Positions 15,596-23,009 of a DNA stretch of 32,684 nucleotides are shown here, one piece after another. The position numbers and the translations under genes were made by a program. Within the stretch, counting starts at the first letter, position 1; each line of letters starts with the position of its first letter. Under the pieces are notes generated by a model. It was given only the letters and a program-made list of their open reading frames with translations. It was not told where the DNA came from and ran no database searches. This DNA is from Polyangium spumosum (GTDB lineage: Bacteria > Myxococcota_A > Polyangia > Polyangiales > Polyangiaceae): the NCBI RefSeq assembly GCF_009649845.1, contig NZ_WJIE01000009.1, positions 1-32,684 on the forward strand, given 5' to 3'.

Positions 15596-16966
15596 ATGAA
15601 GCTCCTTCGCGCCTTCGTTTTGTCCTTGCCGCTCCTCGCCGCGCCCGCGCTCTACGCGGGTGACGCCGACGCCTGCGGCGGCTGTACCGTCGTGCAGTCG
15701 GAGAACACGCAGGTCACCGGTCATCGGATGATCCTTTCGATCTCCAACGATCGGACGACGCTCTACGATCAGATCACCTACGCGGGCAACCCCTCCTCCT
15801 TCGCGTGGATCCTGCCCATCAAGGGCGAGGTCGACGTCGGGCTCTCGTCCGACGCGGTCTTCAACGCGCTCGAGCAGGCCACGCAGATCTCGGTCGTCTC
15901 GCCCTCGATCAACTGCCTGCCGCCTGGCTGCGCGGGCGCGCCGAACGCGGGCGGCGACTTCGACAACGCGGGATCGGGCGGCGCGGGCGGCGGCGGCGTC
16001 GAGGTGATCGCCGAGGAGGTCGTGGGTCCGTACGCCACGGTGCAGCTCTCGTCGCAGGACCCGAACGCGCTCGCGAACTGGCTGCTCTCGAACGGCTACT
16101 ACGTCCCGCCGGACATCAAGCCCGTCATCGACGCCTACGTGAACGAGGGCTTCAACTTCCTCGCCCTCAAGCTCGTGCCTGGCGAGGGCGTCAACTCGAT
16201 GCGGCCCGTGCGTATCTCCTCGCTCGGCGCGCAGCCGACCTTGCCTCTGCGTATGGTCGCCGCGGGCACGGGCGCGATCACGCCGATCACCTTGTGGATC
16301 CTCGGCGAGGGCCGGTACGAGCCGACGAACTTCCCGAGCTTCCAGATCAAGGCCCAGGATCTCGTGTGGAACTGGGACACGCAGTCGAGCAACTACACGG
16401 ACCTCAAGAAAAAGAGCTTCGACGCGTCGGGCGGCAAGGCGTGGCTCATCGAGGCGGGCCAGCCGTTCTCGAGGTACTGGATCGAGGACAACCTGAAGTG
16501 GACGGCCCAGAACGACCCGGAGAACAGCGGCTACGGCGGCGATCCCATGGGGCCGAGCGCGCTCGACGAGTGTGTCGAGGACCTCGACACGCTCTTCGGC
16601 TCGATCCCCGAGAACACCCTCTGGTTGACGCGCATCCACGCCGAACTCTCGCGCCCCGCGCTCGCGACCGATCTCACGCTGGGCGCGTCGGCCGACCAGT
16701 CGCACGTCGAGCGATGGCTGCAGGTCGAGAACGCCATCGGCACGCCGCCCGCATGCCCGCCCCCGCCGGACTGGTGCTTCGATCAGGACATGCCCGACGT
16801 GAACCCGTGGGACAACGGCGTCGGCGTCGGGGCGGACGACCCGAACGCCGGCACGAAGAGCAACGCGAGCTGCGCCATCCGCGGCGAGGCGAGCATGCCT
16901 GCGACGCTCGGGCTCCTCGGCGGCGCGCTGGTCCTCTCGGTCGCGCGTCGTCGTCGGCGTCGTTGA
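15596..16966 (+). CDS. secreted DUF2330-like protein with C-terminal MYXO-CTERM sorting signal
   Basis: N-terminal signal peptide is MKLLRAFVLSLPLLAAPALYAGDADACGGC. The conserved central region (FAWILPIKGEVDVGLSS...YVPPDIKPVIDAYVNEGFNFLALKL) recalls PF10092/DUF2330; this is from memory and unverified. The C-terminus, ...NASCAIRGEASMPATLGLLGGALVLSVARRRRRR, has Cys, a hydrophobic helix and an Arg tail as in MYXO-CTERM. GGAG lies 9 nt upstream of the ATG. Confidence 0.85.
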   Translation: MKLLRAFVLSLPLLAAPALYAGDADACGGCTVVQSENTQVTGHRMILSISNDRTTLYDQITYAGNPSSFAWILPIKGEVDVGLSSDAVFNALEQATQISVVSPSINCLPPGCAGAPNAGGDFDNAGSGGAGGGGVEVIAEEVVGPYATVQLSSQDPNALANWLLSNGYYVPPDIKPVIDAYVNEGFNFLALKLVPGEGVNSMRPVRISSLGAQPTLPLRMVAAGTGAITPITLWILGEGRYEPTNFPSFQIKAQDLVWNWDTQSSNYTDLKKKSFDASGGKAWLIEAGQPFSRYWIEDNLKWTAQNDPENSGYGGDPMGPSALDECVEDLDTLFGSIPENTLWLTRIHAELSRPALATDLTLGASADQSHVERWLQVENAIGTPPACPPPPDWCFDQDMPDVNPWDNGVGVGADDPNAGTKSNASCAIRGEASMPATLGLLGGALVLSVARRRRRR

Positions 16967-17051
16967 TCGCCTGTCTTGCCGTTTCCTTCGGGTCGCCCTA
17001 GCCTCGGATCAGGCGTGGACCGTGTCATGCGGCCGCGACCCGGAGGAAAAC

Positions 17052-17984
17052 ATGTACGGTCCCAAAGGTCAGAGCAGCGGCGGCGGGCGTCCGGCTGCGG
17101 CTCCCAAGAAGATCACCGTGCCGGACATTCGCGCGCGCAAGGCGAACGGACCGCCGATCGCGATGGTGACGGCCTACGACTTCACGATGGCGCGGCTCTT
17201 CGACGAGGGCGGCGCGGACATGCTGCTCGTCGGCGACTCGCTCGGCATGGTCGTGCAGGGGCACCCGACGACGTTGCCCGTGACGGTCGAGGAGATCTGC
17301 TACCACGGCCGCGCGGTCGCGCGTGGAGCGCGGCGCGCGCACGTGGTGGGGGACATGCCGTTCATGAGCTTCCAGGTCTCGGCCGTGCAAGCGCTGGAGA
17401 ACGCGGGCCGCCTGATGAAGGACGGCGCGTTCGAAAGCGTGAAGATCGAGGGCGGCGAGGAGGTGGCCGAGCACGTGCGCCGCATCGTCGCGGCGGGCAT
17501 CCCCGTGATGGGGCACGTGGGTTTGACGCCGCAGTCGGTGCACGCGATGGGCGGCTTCAAGGTGCAGGGCAAGGGCGAGGACGCCGCGGCGCGCCTCCTT
17601 CGGGACGCGCAGGCGCTCGACGAGGCGGGGGCGTATGCGATCGTGCTCGAGGCGATCCCGCCGGACCTCGCCGAGGAGATCACGGCGGCCGTGTCTGTCC
17701 CGACGATCGGCATCGGCGCGGGCGCGGGTTGTGATGGGCAGGTGCTCGTCTGTTACGACATGCTCGGCATGTACCCGGAGCTGCGCCCGAAGTTCGCGAA
17801 GCGCTTCTCCGAGGTGGGCGAGCAGATCATGGCGGCGACACGTGCGTACGTGGACGAGGTGCAGGCGCGCACGTTCCCTGGCGCCGAGCACAGCTTCAAG
17901 CCGAACGGCCCGCGCCGCGCGCCGCCGTCGGCCGAGCCCGCCGTGGCGCTGGAGGAGATTCCTCCGCACTGGCAGACGCATTAG
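17052..17984 (+). CDS. panB: 3-methyl-2-oxobutanoate hydroxymethyltransferase (ketopantoate hydroxymethyltransferase)
   Basis: KITVPDIRARKANGPPIAMVTAYDFTMARLFDEGGADMLLVGDSLGMVVQGHPTTLPVTVEEICYH...GIPVMGHVGLTPQS... are PanB signatures. The track ORF begins at 17022, but the ATG at 17052 has GGAGG 5 nt upstream. A ~45-aa Pro-rich C-terminal tail follows. Confidence 0.9.
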   Translation: MYGPKGQSSGGGRPAAAPKKITVPDIRARKANGPPIAMVTAYDFTMARLFDEGGADMLLVGDSLGMVVQGHPTTLPVTVEEICYHGRAVARGARRAHVVGDMPFMSFQVSAVQALENAGRLMKDGAFESVKIEGGEEVAEHVRRIVAAGIPVMGHVGLTPQSVHAMGGFKVQGKGEDAAARLLRDAQALDEAGAYAIVLEAIPPDLAEEITAAVSVPTIGIGAGAGCDGQVLVCYDMLGMYPELRPKFAKRFSEVGEQIMAATRAYVDEVQARTFPGAEHSFKPNGPRRAPPSAEPAVALEEIPPHWQTH

Positions 17985-18083
17985 CCTCACCCCCCATCCC
18001 CCTCTCCACTCCGTGAAGAGGGGGAGAATAAGCGCCTCTTCCCCCCTCTCCACGGAGTGGAGAGGGGTTGGGGGTGAGGCTCA
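17982..18083. repeat. compound palindromic element: two inverted ~42-bp units of a small repeat family (stop-GCCTCACCCCCARCCCCTCTCC-loop-GGAGAGGGG)
   Basis: Unit a (17982-18024, forward) is tAGCCTCACCCCCCATCCCCCTCTCCactccgtGAAGAGGGGG. Unit b (18042-18083, reverse) is CCCCTCTCCacggagtGGAGAGGGGTTGGGGGTGAGGCTCAG. Together they form a ~31-bp-arm near-perfect inverted repeat (17985-18014 with 18050-18079, one mismatch) around a 35-nt spacer. The panB TAG stop sits in unit a and the Cys-rich gene TGA stop in unit b. Confidence 0.55.
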
Positions 18084-19112
18084 GTTGCAGTCGATCCCGC
18101 AGATCAGCCCGACCTCGCCGATGCAGATCCCGTCCCAGTTCTGCTCGCAGCAATAGGGATCGGCCTTGCACACGGCCTCCGCGCACGGGTTGCACGTCGG
18201 ATCCAGCGCGCCGCCGTTCTGGCAGATCGAGTGCGCGCAGTTGCAGCTCACGCCGCACTTCATGGTCGCCGCCGCCACGCACGCCTCGTCCCAGCCCGTC
18301 GTGCAGCATTCGGGCTGATCCATGCACACCGACGTGATGCACGGATCCGCGCCGCAGAGCGTGTCGGCGAGGTAGGAGCACGCTCCGCTCCACGGCGCGC
18401 TCGAGCCCATGCCGCAGCAGGCCGGGTCCTGCATACACACCTCGTCCACGCACGACCCGCGACAAACGTTCGGGTCGAGCGCCGCGCCCGTGCCGCAGAC
18501 GGAGTGCGGACACTCCGGGCACGGACCACAATCCTGCGCGCACGTCCCGCAGTCCTCGCCGCCGTTGCACGTGCCGTCGCCGCAGGCGCAGGCGCCGCAG
18601 TCGTTCGGGCACGAGTCACACGTCTCGCCGTTGCACTCGCCGTTGCCGCAGCAGCCGGCGCTGCAGAGCTCGTCGGCGAGCGCCACGCAACCCGCCCCCC
18701 AGAAGTTGTCGCAGCAGCCCTGGCCGTTCTGCGCGTTGCAGACCTGATCGACGCACGCATTACAGCCCAGCGTGAGCGCGTCGCCGACGCTGCAGACCGC
18801 GTGCTGGCAGGTGTCGCCGCCGCCCGACGAGGACGACGAGGCGGACGACGACGAGGACGAGGACGCGCTGGACGATGAGGACGAGGCCGCGCTCGAGCTC
18901 GACGCGCTCGACGAGGACGACGCCGTGCTCCCGGACGAGGACGACGCGCTCATGCCGCCCATGCCGGCCATGCCGCCCATGCCGCCGCTCCCCCACGTGC
19001 CGCCTTCGCCGCCGCCGCCCTGGTTGTTCGGCGTGCCGAAGAGGTCCCGGCCGTCGGCCGTGCACCCGGCCGCGGCGAGCGCGGCGATCGCGAAGAAGCT
19101 TGTGAATCGCAT
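18081..19112 (-). CDS. secreted modular Cys-rich lipoprotein (poly-Ser linker, myxo-type Cys-rich repeat, four copies of an uncharacterised ~45-aa Cys module)
   Basis: The track ORF is 18081..19133 (TTG). The preferred ATG gives MRFTSFFAIAALAAAGC, a signal peptide plus lipobox, with GGAGGA 8 nt upstream. A Gly/Ser-rich linker with ~45 consecutive Ser/Ala follows. Next is CCGNGECNGETCDSCPNDCGACACGDGTCNGGEDCGTCAQDCGPCPEC, which resembles the Myxococcales CGNG...CDDGN Cys repeat. Four modules then fit C-x-H-[AS]-[VI]-C..G-ALDP-x-C..C...VC..DP-x-CC...W[DS]..C (CQHAVC..., CPHSVC..., CITSVC..., CAHSIC...). There are 60+ Cys in total. Confidence 0.8.
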   Translation of the reverse strand: MRFTSFFAIAALAAAGCTADGRDLFGTPNNQGGGGEGGTWGSGGMGGMAGMGGMSASSSSGSTASSSSSASSSSAASSSSSSASSSSSSSASSSSSGGGDTCQHAVCSVGDALTLGCNACVDQVCNAQNGQGCCDNFWGAGCVALADELCSAGCCGNGECNGETCDSCPNDCGACACGDGTCNGGEDCGTCAQDCGPCPECPHSVCGTGAALDPNVCRGSCVDEVCMQDPACCGMGSSAPWSGACSYLADTLCGADPCITSVCMDQPECCTTGWDEACVAAATMKCGVSCNCAHSICQNGGALDPTCNPCAEAVCKADPYCCEQNWDGICIGEVGLICGIDCN

Positions 19113-19178
19113 GTCCCGACTCCTCCGAGGCAAGGAGCGCGATGCTACCGCGCCCGAGCCGCCTCGTGCGCATCTTCT

Positions 19179-19219
19179 CCCCTCTCCGCGTGCGGAGAGG
19201 GGCTGGGGGTGAGGCTCAG
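19179..19219. repeat. third copy of the same palindromic element family (reverse orientation)
   Basis: CCCCTCTCCgcgtgcGGAGAGGGGCTGGGGGTGAGGCTCAG. The CCCCTCTCC/GGAGAGGGG 9-bp stem and the GGGGGTGAGGCTCAG tail match unit b at 18042-18083. The TGA of the BatA-like gene (19216-19218) lies inside GGCTCAG. Confidence 0.55.
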
Positions 19220-21225
19220 GCTGCCGCCGAACCCTCGCGCTTTTGCCCCACCGCGCGCAGGAACAGCTCCAGCACGACCAGGCCGAGCAGCCCGAGCGCC
19301 ACGTAGGGCGACGCGTCGATCGACGGCACGACGCCCCCGAGCTCCTCCGCGCGCGCCGCGTCGACGACGCGCCGCGGCCGCAGATCGATCTCGCGCTCCG
19401 GCACCGTCGCGACCCGGATCACCCGCTCGCCGTCGAGCCGCACCTCGTACCGACCTCGCAGCGGCGCCACCGCGCGGCGGCGCCCGTCCTGCTCCACGAC
19501 CGGGATCGTCCGGCGCGCCTCGCCCGCGCCGACGGGCAGTCGCTCGACCGCCACGTCCTTGAACCCGTCGAACGTGAACGCGTCGCCGACCTCGATCTGC
19601 CGCGCTCCGCCCCGGGCCCGCGCCGTGCCCACGAAGCGATCGAGCAGCGCCAGGAAGGCCGGACGCAAAACGAAGTCGCTCTCCTCCACCGTGAGCGGCA
19701 GCGACAGCACGTAGACCGCCCCGCGGCCGAGCGAGCGGCGCAAGAGCAGCGGCGCCCCGTCGTCCCAGCGCGCGAGCACGTCCGCGTTCGTCAGGGCGGC
19801 CGGATCGAAGGACGCGCGTCCGTCGGGCGAGAGCTTGGCCAGGCCCTCCGCGCTTGGCCCGAAGAACACCGCGCTCGTGGGGTCCGCGCCTTGCGACGGG
19901 CTCGCCCCCCAGCGCACCACGCCCGGCACGAGCGGGTCGAACCCCGCGCCGAGCGGCGCCGTCGCGGCGCGTGGACCGAGCGTCAAGAGCAGCACGCCCC
20001 CGCGCTCCACCCACGCCGCGAGCGAGCGCCGCACCTCCGGCGTGAAGCCCGGCACGTCGTCCACGACGAGCCCCGCGAACGCCGACAGCTCCTCCGCGTG
20101 GTCCGGCACGGCCGGCAGCGGGCGCACCTCCGCGTCGAGGTGCATCGCCGCGAGGGCCTGCTCGATCGGCGGCGGCCCGCCCGTGGCCACGTGCGAGGAC
20201 GCCACGTCCACCACGACCGCGATCGGCAGCGCCCCGCCGGCCGCGACCACCGGCGCCTCGTCGTCCTCCAGGATCGTGTCGCCCGGCGTCAGCCCGACCG
20301 TGAGCTCCGCCGGCGCGCCCGCCGGCACGTCGAGCGAGATTTCTTCGGCGCGGACCGCCGCCCCGAGCGGCGCCGAGGCGAGCACCTTGCCCTCGCCGCG
20401 GAGCTCGATCGAGCGCCCGGCCGAGGCGGAAGCGGCGCCTGCGGCCTCGGGGCTACACACGACCCGCGCCCGCACCTTGCCCGCGCGCCCGTCCGCGCGT
20501 GTCACCGCGCAATCGCCGCCCGTGGCTTCGAGCTCCGGCACGGGCGCCCAGAGCGCCGCATCCGAGCCGCCGCCGAGGGGCGGCGCGCTCGGCGCCCCGT
20601 CCGCGAGGTCGCTCAAAAGCACCACCCGCCGATCGGCGTGGGGCACGCGGAGCAGGAGCTCCCGCGCCAGGGCCAGGGCGCCTTCCAGGTCGGTCGCGCG
20701 ATCGGACGGCTCGATCATGTCGAGCGCGCCCGTCACGGCCGTCATGTTCGTCGTCGCGGCGAGCGCCACGCGCGCGGGCGCGCCGCCGAGCACCACCGCG
20801 ACCGCGTCGCCGCTGCGTAGCCCCGTCGCGAGCTCGCGCGCCGACGCGAGGGCCCGGTCGAACTTCGTCCGCTTGCCCGGCCCGCCTGGCCCGCCCTCCA
20901 GCGGCGCGCGCATGCTGAGCGAGTCGTCGATCACGATCGCCAGCGCCACCGACGCCCCGTCCTTCCGGGCCAGGCCGAGCCGCGCGCAGCGCACGAACGG
21001 CGTCGCGCCGAGCACGGCCAGCAGGAGCACGCTGAGCGCTCGCACCGCGAAGAGCGAGCGATCCTCGAGCATGCTGCGCCGCCGGGCCATGGGCTTCGTC
21101 GGCGGGACGAGTTTTGCCGGCGGGAACGGCTGCTCCTCGGCCTGCCTTCGCCGCAGCATGTGGGCCGCGATCGGCGCGGCGACGAGCAGCGCCACGAGCA
21201 GCCCGGCGATCGTGGTGAAGCTCAT
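19216..21225 (-). CDS. BatA-like membrane von Willebrand factor A (VWA) domain protein
   Basis: The track ORF runs to 21747, but its Arg/Gly N-terminal 170 aa are GC artefact. The ATG at 21223-21225 overlaps the DUF58 stop (ATGA). It gives MSFTTIAGLLVALLVAAPIAAHMLRRRQ...LLLAVLGATPFV, a BatA-type N-terminal two-helix anchor. The VWA domain has the MIDAS motif ALAIVIDDSLSM. A C-terminal hydrophobic helix VALGLLGLVVLELFL is present. ~670 aa. Confidence 0.8.
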   Translation of the reverse strand: MSFTTIAGLLVALLVAAPIAAHMLRRRQAEEQPFPPAKLVPPTKPMARRRSMLEDRSLFAVRALSVLLLAVLGATPFVRCARLGLARKDGASVALAIVIDDSLSMRAPLEGGPGGPGKRTKFDRALASARELATGLRSGDAVAVVLGGAPARVALAATTNMTAVTGALDMIEPSDRATDLEGALALARELLLRVPHADRRVVLLSDLADGAPSAPPLGGGSDAALWAPVPELEATGGDCAVTRADGRAGKVRARVVCSPEAAGAASASAGRSIELRGEGKVLASAPLGAAVRAEEISLDVPAGAPAELTVGLTPGDTILEDDEAPVVAAGGALPIAVVVDVASSHVATGGPPPIEQALAAMHLDAEVRPLPAVPDHAEELSAFAGLVVDDVPGFTPEVRRSLAAWVERGGVLLLTLGPRAATAPLGAGFDPLVPGVVRWGASPSQGADPTSAVFFGPSAEGLAKLSPDGRASFDPAALTNADVLARWDDGAPLLLRRSLGRGAVYVLSLPLTVEESDFVLRPAFLALLDRFVGTARARGGARQIEVGDAFTFDGFKDVAVERLPVGAGEARRTIPVVEQDGRRRAVAPLRGRYEVRLDGERVIRVATVPEREIDLRPRRVVDAARAEELGGVVPSIDASPYVALGLLGLVVLELFLRAVGQKREGSAAA

Positions 21226-22157
21226 GCCCGCGCCTCGGCCACGGCGCGCACCACGTCGCGCACCACGTCGGCGGGGGGCCTGTCCGTCGTCGCCTCCACC
21301 CAGCGCCCGCCTCGGCCCGAGAGCTCCCTCGACCAGCGCTCGGCGATCGCGGCGAGCCGCTCGCGGTAGATCGCGCGCACCTCCTCGGCGTCCGTCTCGA
21401 CGACCACGTCGCCCTCGCTCGCGCGTAGCCGCACGTGCCCGGAGAAGCCGAGATCCGCCTCGTTCGGGTCGAGCACCCGCACCGCCACGAGCGAGCGCCC
21501 GCCGGCCGCGAGCGCCGAAAACGCCGAGAGCGCCCGCTCGGGCAGGTCCACGAAATCGCTCACCAGCACGATCACCGCGCCGCGCCGGGCGCGCCGCGCC
21601 ACCGGGGCGAGGGCGCGCTCCATCGCGGCCTCGTCTGCGCTCGCGTCGCCTGCGGCTGCGGCCCCTTCGAGCGCGCCGGCCACCCTGTCGAACGCCTCGC
21701 GCCCGCTCGACGCCGGCAGCGCGAGCGTCCCTCGCCCGCCGATCCACGCGAGCCCCACGGGATCGCCGCTCGACAGCGCCACGCGCGCGAGCGCCGCGGC
21801 CACGAGCGCCCCGTACGCGAGCTTCGCCCCGGGGGCCCGCGTGCTCCGGTAGGCCATCGACGCGGTCGCGTCCACGCAGAGCCAGAGCGCGCGATCCGTC
21901 TCCGTCTCGAACTCGCGGATCATCATCCGGTCGTGCCGGAGCAGCGCGCGGCGGTCGAAGAACCGCAGATCGTCGCCGGGCACGTAGGGCCTGTGCCCGC
22001 CGAACTCCACGCCGGGCCCTTTTCGAACGCTCCGGTGCCCTCCGGCGTACACGCCTTCGGCCAGGGACCGGGCGCGGAGGCGCAGCGGCGCGAGGCTGCC
22101 CCAGTCGATGGGGATCCCGTCCTTTCCGGACCGCGACGAGGGGCGAGGCTCGGCCAT
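21222..22157 (-). CDS. DUF58 family protein (MoxR-associated VWA-like partner)
   Basis: GHRSVRKGPGVEFGGHRPYVPGDDLRFFDRRALLRHDRMMIREFETETDRALWLCVDATASMAY is the DUF58 signature. The preferred start is ATG at 22155-22157 (MAEPRPSS...). It is translationally coupled to the downstream BatA-like gene. Confidence 0.85.
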   Translation of the reverse strand: MAEPRPSSRSGKDGIPIDWGSLAPLRLRARSLAEGVYAGGHRSVRKGPGVEFGGHRPYVPGDDLRFFDRRALLRHDRMMIREFETETDRALWLCVDATASMAYRSTRAPGAKLAYGALVAAALARVALSSGDPVGLAWIGGRGTLALPASSGREAFDRVAGALEGAAAAGDASADEAAMERALAPVARRARRGAVIVLVSDFVDLPERALSAFSALAAGGRSLVAVRVLDPNEADLGFSGHVRLRASEGDVVVETDAEEVRAIYRERLAAIAERWSRELSGRGGRWVEATTDRPPADVVRDVVRAVAEARA

Positions 22158-22224
22158 GGGGGATCGTTCAATTACCCCAACGCGGAGGGCCCGCCACGAC
22201 AAAACTTGTGGCAAGAGTGGGCCT

Positions 22225-22620
22225 GTGCGCGACAAGTTCGGCGGCTCTTTCCGCGGGGTCCTGCTCGCGACGCTCCTCGTATCGTGCGAGACCGCCGAAC
22301 CCGAGCCGGCGCCCGCGCCGCCCTTCGCGCCCTCCGCGTCGGCGGCGCCCGCGGCGCCCGTGCTGCCGCGGCGCCCGACGGTCCGCCATTACCTCGCGCG
22401 CAAGGACGAGCGTTGCGAGGTCTACGCGGTCGACGGTGATCGTGTCTCCGCGGCCACGCGGACCCCGTGCCCGCAGGATCTCCAGGTCGGCGAGCGAATC
22501 CGCGTGATGGGGAAATCGTGTATGCGGGAGGGCATCGCCGAGCGGGCGCAGCCGGTCGTCTGCCCCGGAGCGCTCCTGACGGCGGCGACGCCCCCGGATG
22601 TGGATGCCGGGGGGACCTGA
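22225..22620 (+). CDS. small secreted lipoprotein with 5 Cys (hypothetical)
   Basis: An in-frame GTG inside track ORF 22108..22620 gives MRDKFGGSFRGVLLATLLVSC, a signal peptide with LVSC lipobox. GC3 is very high. The mature part is Cys-containing: CEVYAVDGD...TPCPQD...GKSCMREG...VVCPG. It is divergent from DUF58. Start is uncertain; the alternative ATG at 22156 gives an implausibly long n-region. Confidence 0.55.
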   Translation: MRDKFGGSFRGVLLATLLVSCETAEPEPAPAPPFAPSASAAPAAPVLPRRPTVRHYLARKDERCEVYAVDGDRVSAATRTPCPQDLQVGERIRVMGKSCMREGIAERAQPVVCPGALLTAATPPDVDAGGT

Positions 22621-22640
22621 GCCTCGGGGGACCTTTGATG

Positions 22641-22718
22641 AAAGGTCTCGAGGGGGTCGATCAAAGGTCTCGAGGGGGTCGATCAAAGGTCTCGAGGGGG
22701 TCGATCAAAGGTCTCGAC
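22641..22718. repeat. 22-bp direct tandem repeat, ~3.5 copies (AAAGGTCTCGAGGGGGTCGATC)
   Basis: Read directly: three perfect 22-nt units at 22641-22662, 22663-22684 and 22685-22706, plus a partial unit AAAGGTCTCGAC that merges into the 21-bp array. The period is not a multiple of 3. Confidence 0.9.
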
Positions 22719-23009
22719 CCGGTCGCGGACCTGCTCGACCCGGTCGCGGACCTGCTCGACCCGGTCGGCGACCTGCTCGACCCGGTCGCGAACCTGCTCG
22801 ACCCGGTCGGTGACCTCCTCGACCCGGTCGCGAACCTGCTCGACCCGGTCGCGGACCTCCTCGACCCGGTCGCGGACCTGCTCGACCCGGTCGCGGACCT
22901 GCTCGACCCGGTCGCGGACCTCCTCGACCCGGTCGCGGACCTGCTCGACCCGGTCGCGGACCTGCTCGACCCGGTCGCGGACCTCCTCGACCCGGTCGCC
23001 GACCGCCTG
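22716..23009. repeat. 21-bp direct tandem repeat, 14 copies (GACCCGGTCGCGGACCTGCTC), in phase with codons
   Basis: Read directly: 14 contiguous units with few variant positions (gcg to ggc/gcc, gac to aac/gtg, ctg to ctc, last unit GACCCGGTCGCCGACCGCCTG). All six frames are open across it: DPVADLL, TRSRTCS and PGRGPAR on the + strand. Positions 2, 8, 14, 17 and 20 of the unit are the only A/T. Confidence 0.9.

Noticed and set aside
18081-19133. Track coordinates for the Cys-rich gene versus my label-based reading of its stop (TCA at 18080-18082).
   Set aside because: There is a 1-nt inconsistency between my manual indexing and the computed track. I kept the track low coordinate and treat ±1 nt as reading error on my side rather than a frameshift.
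22716-23009. Possibility that the regular repeats are a CRISPR array.
   Set aside because: The units are directly contiguous with no spacers. The period is 21 bp, far shorter than repeat plus spacer.
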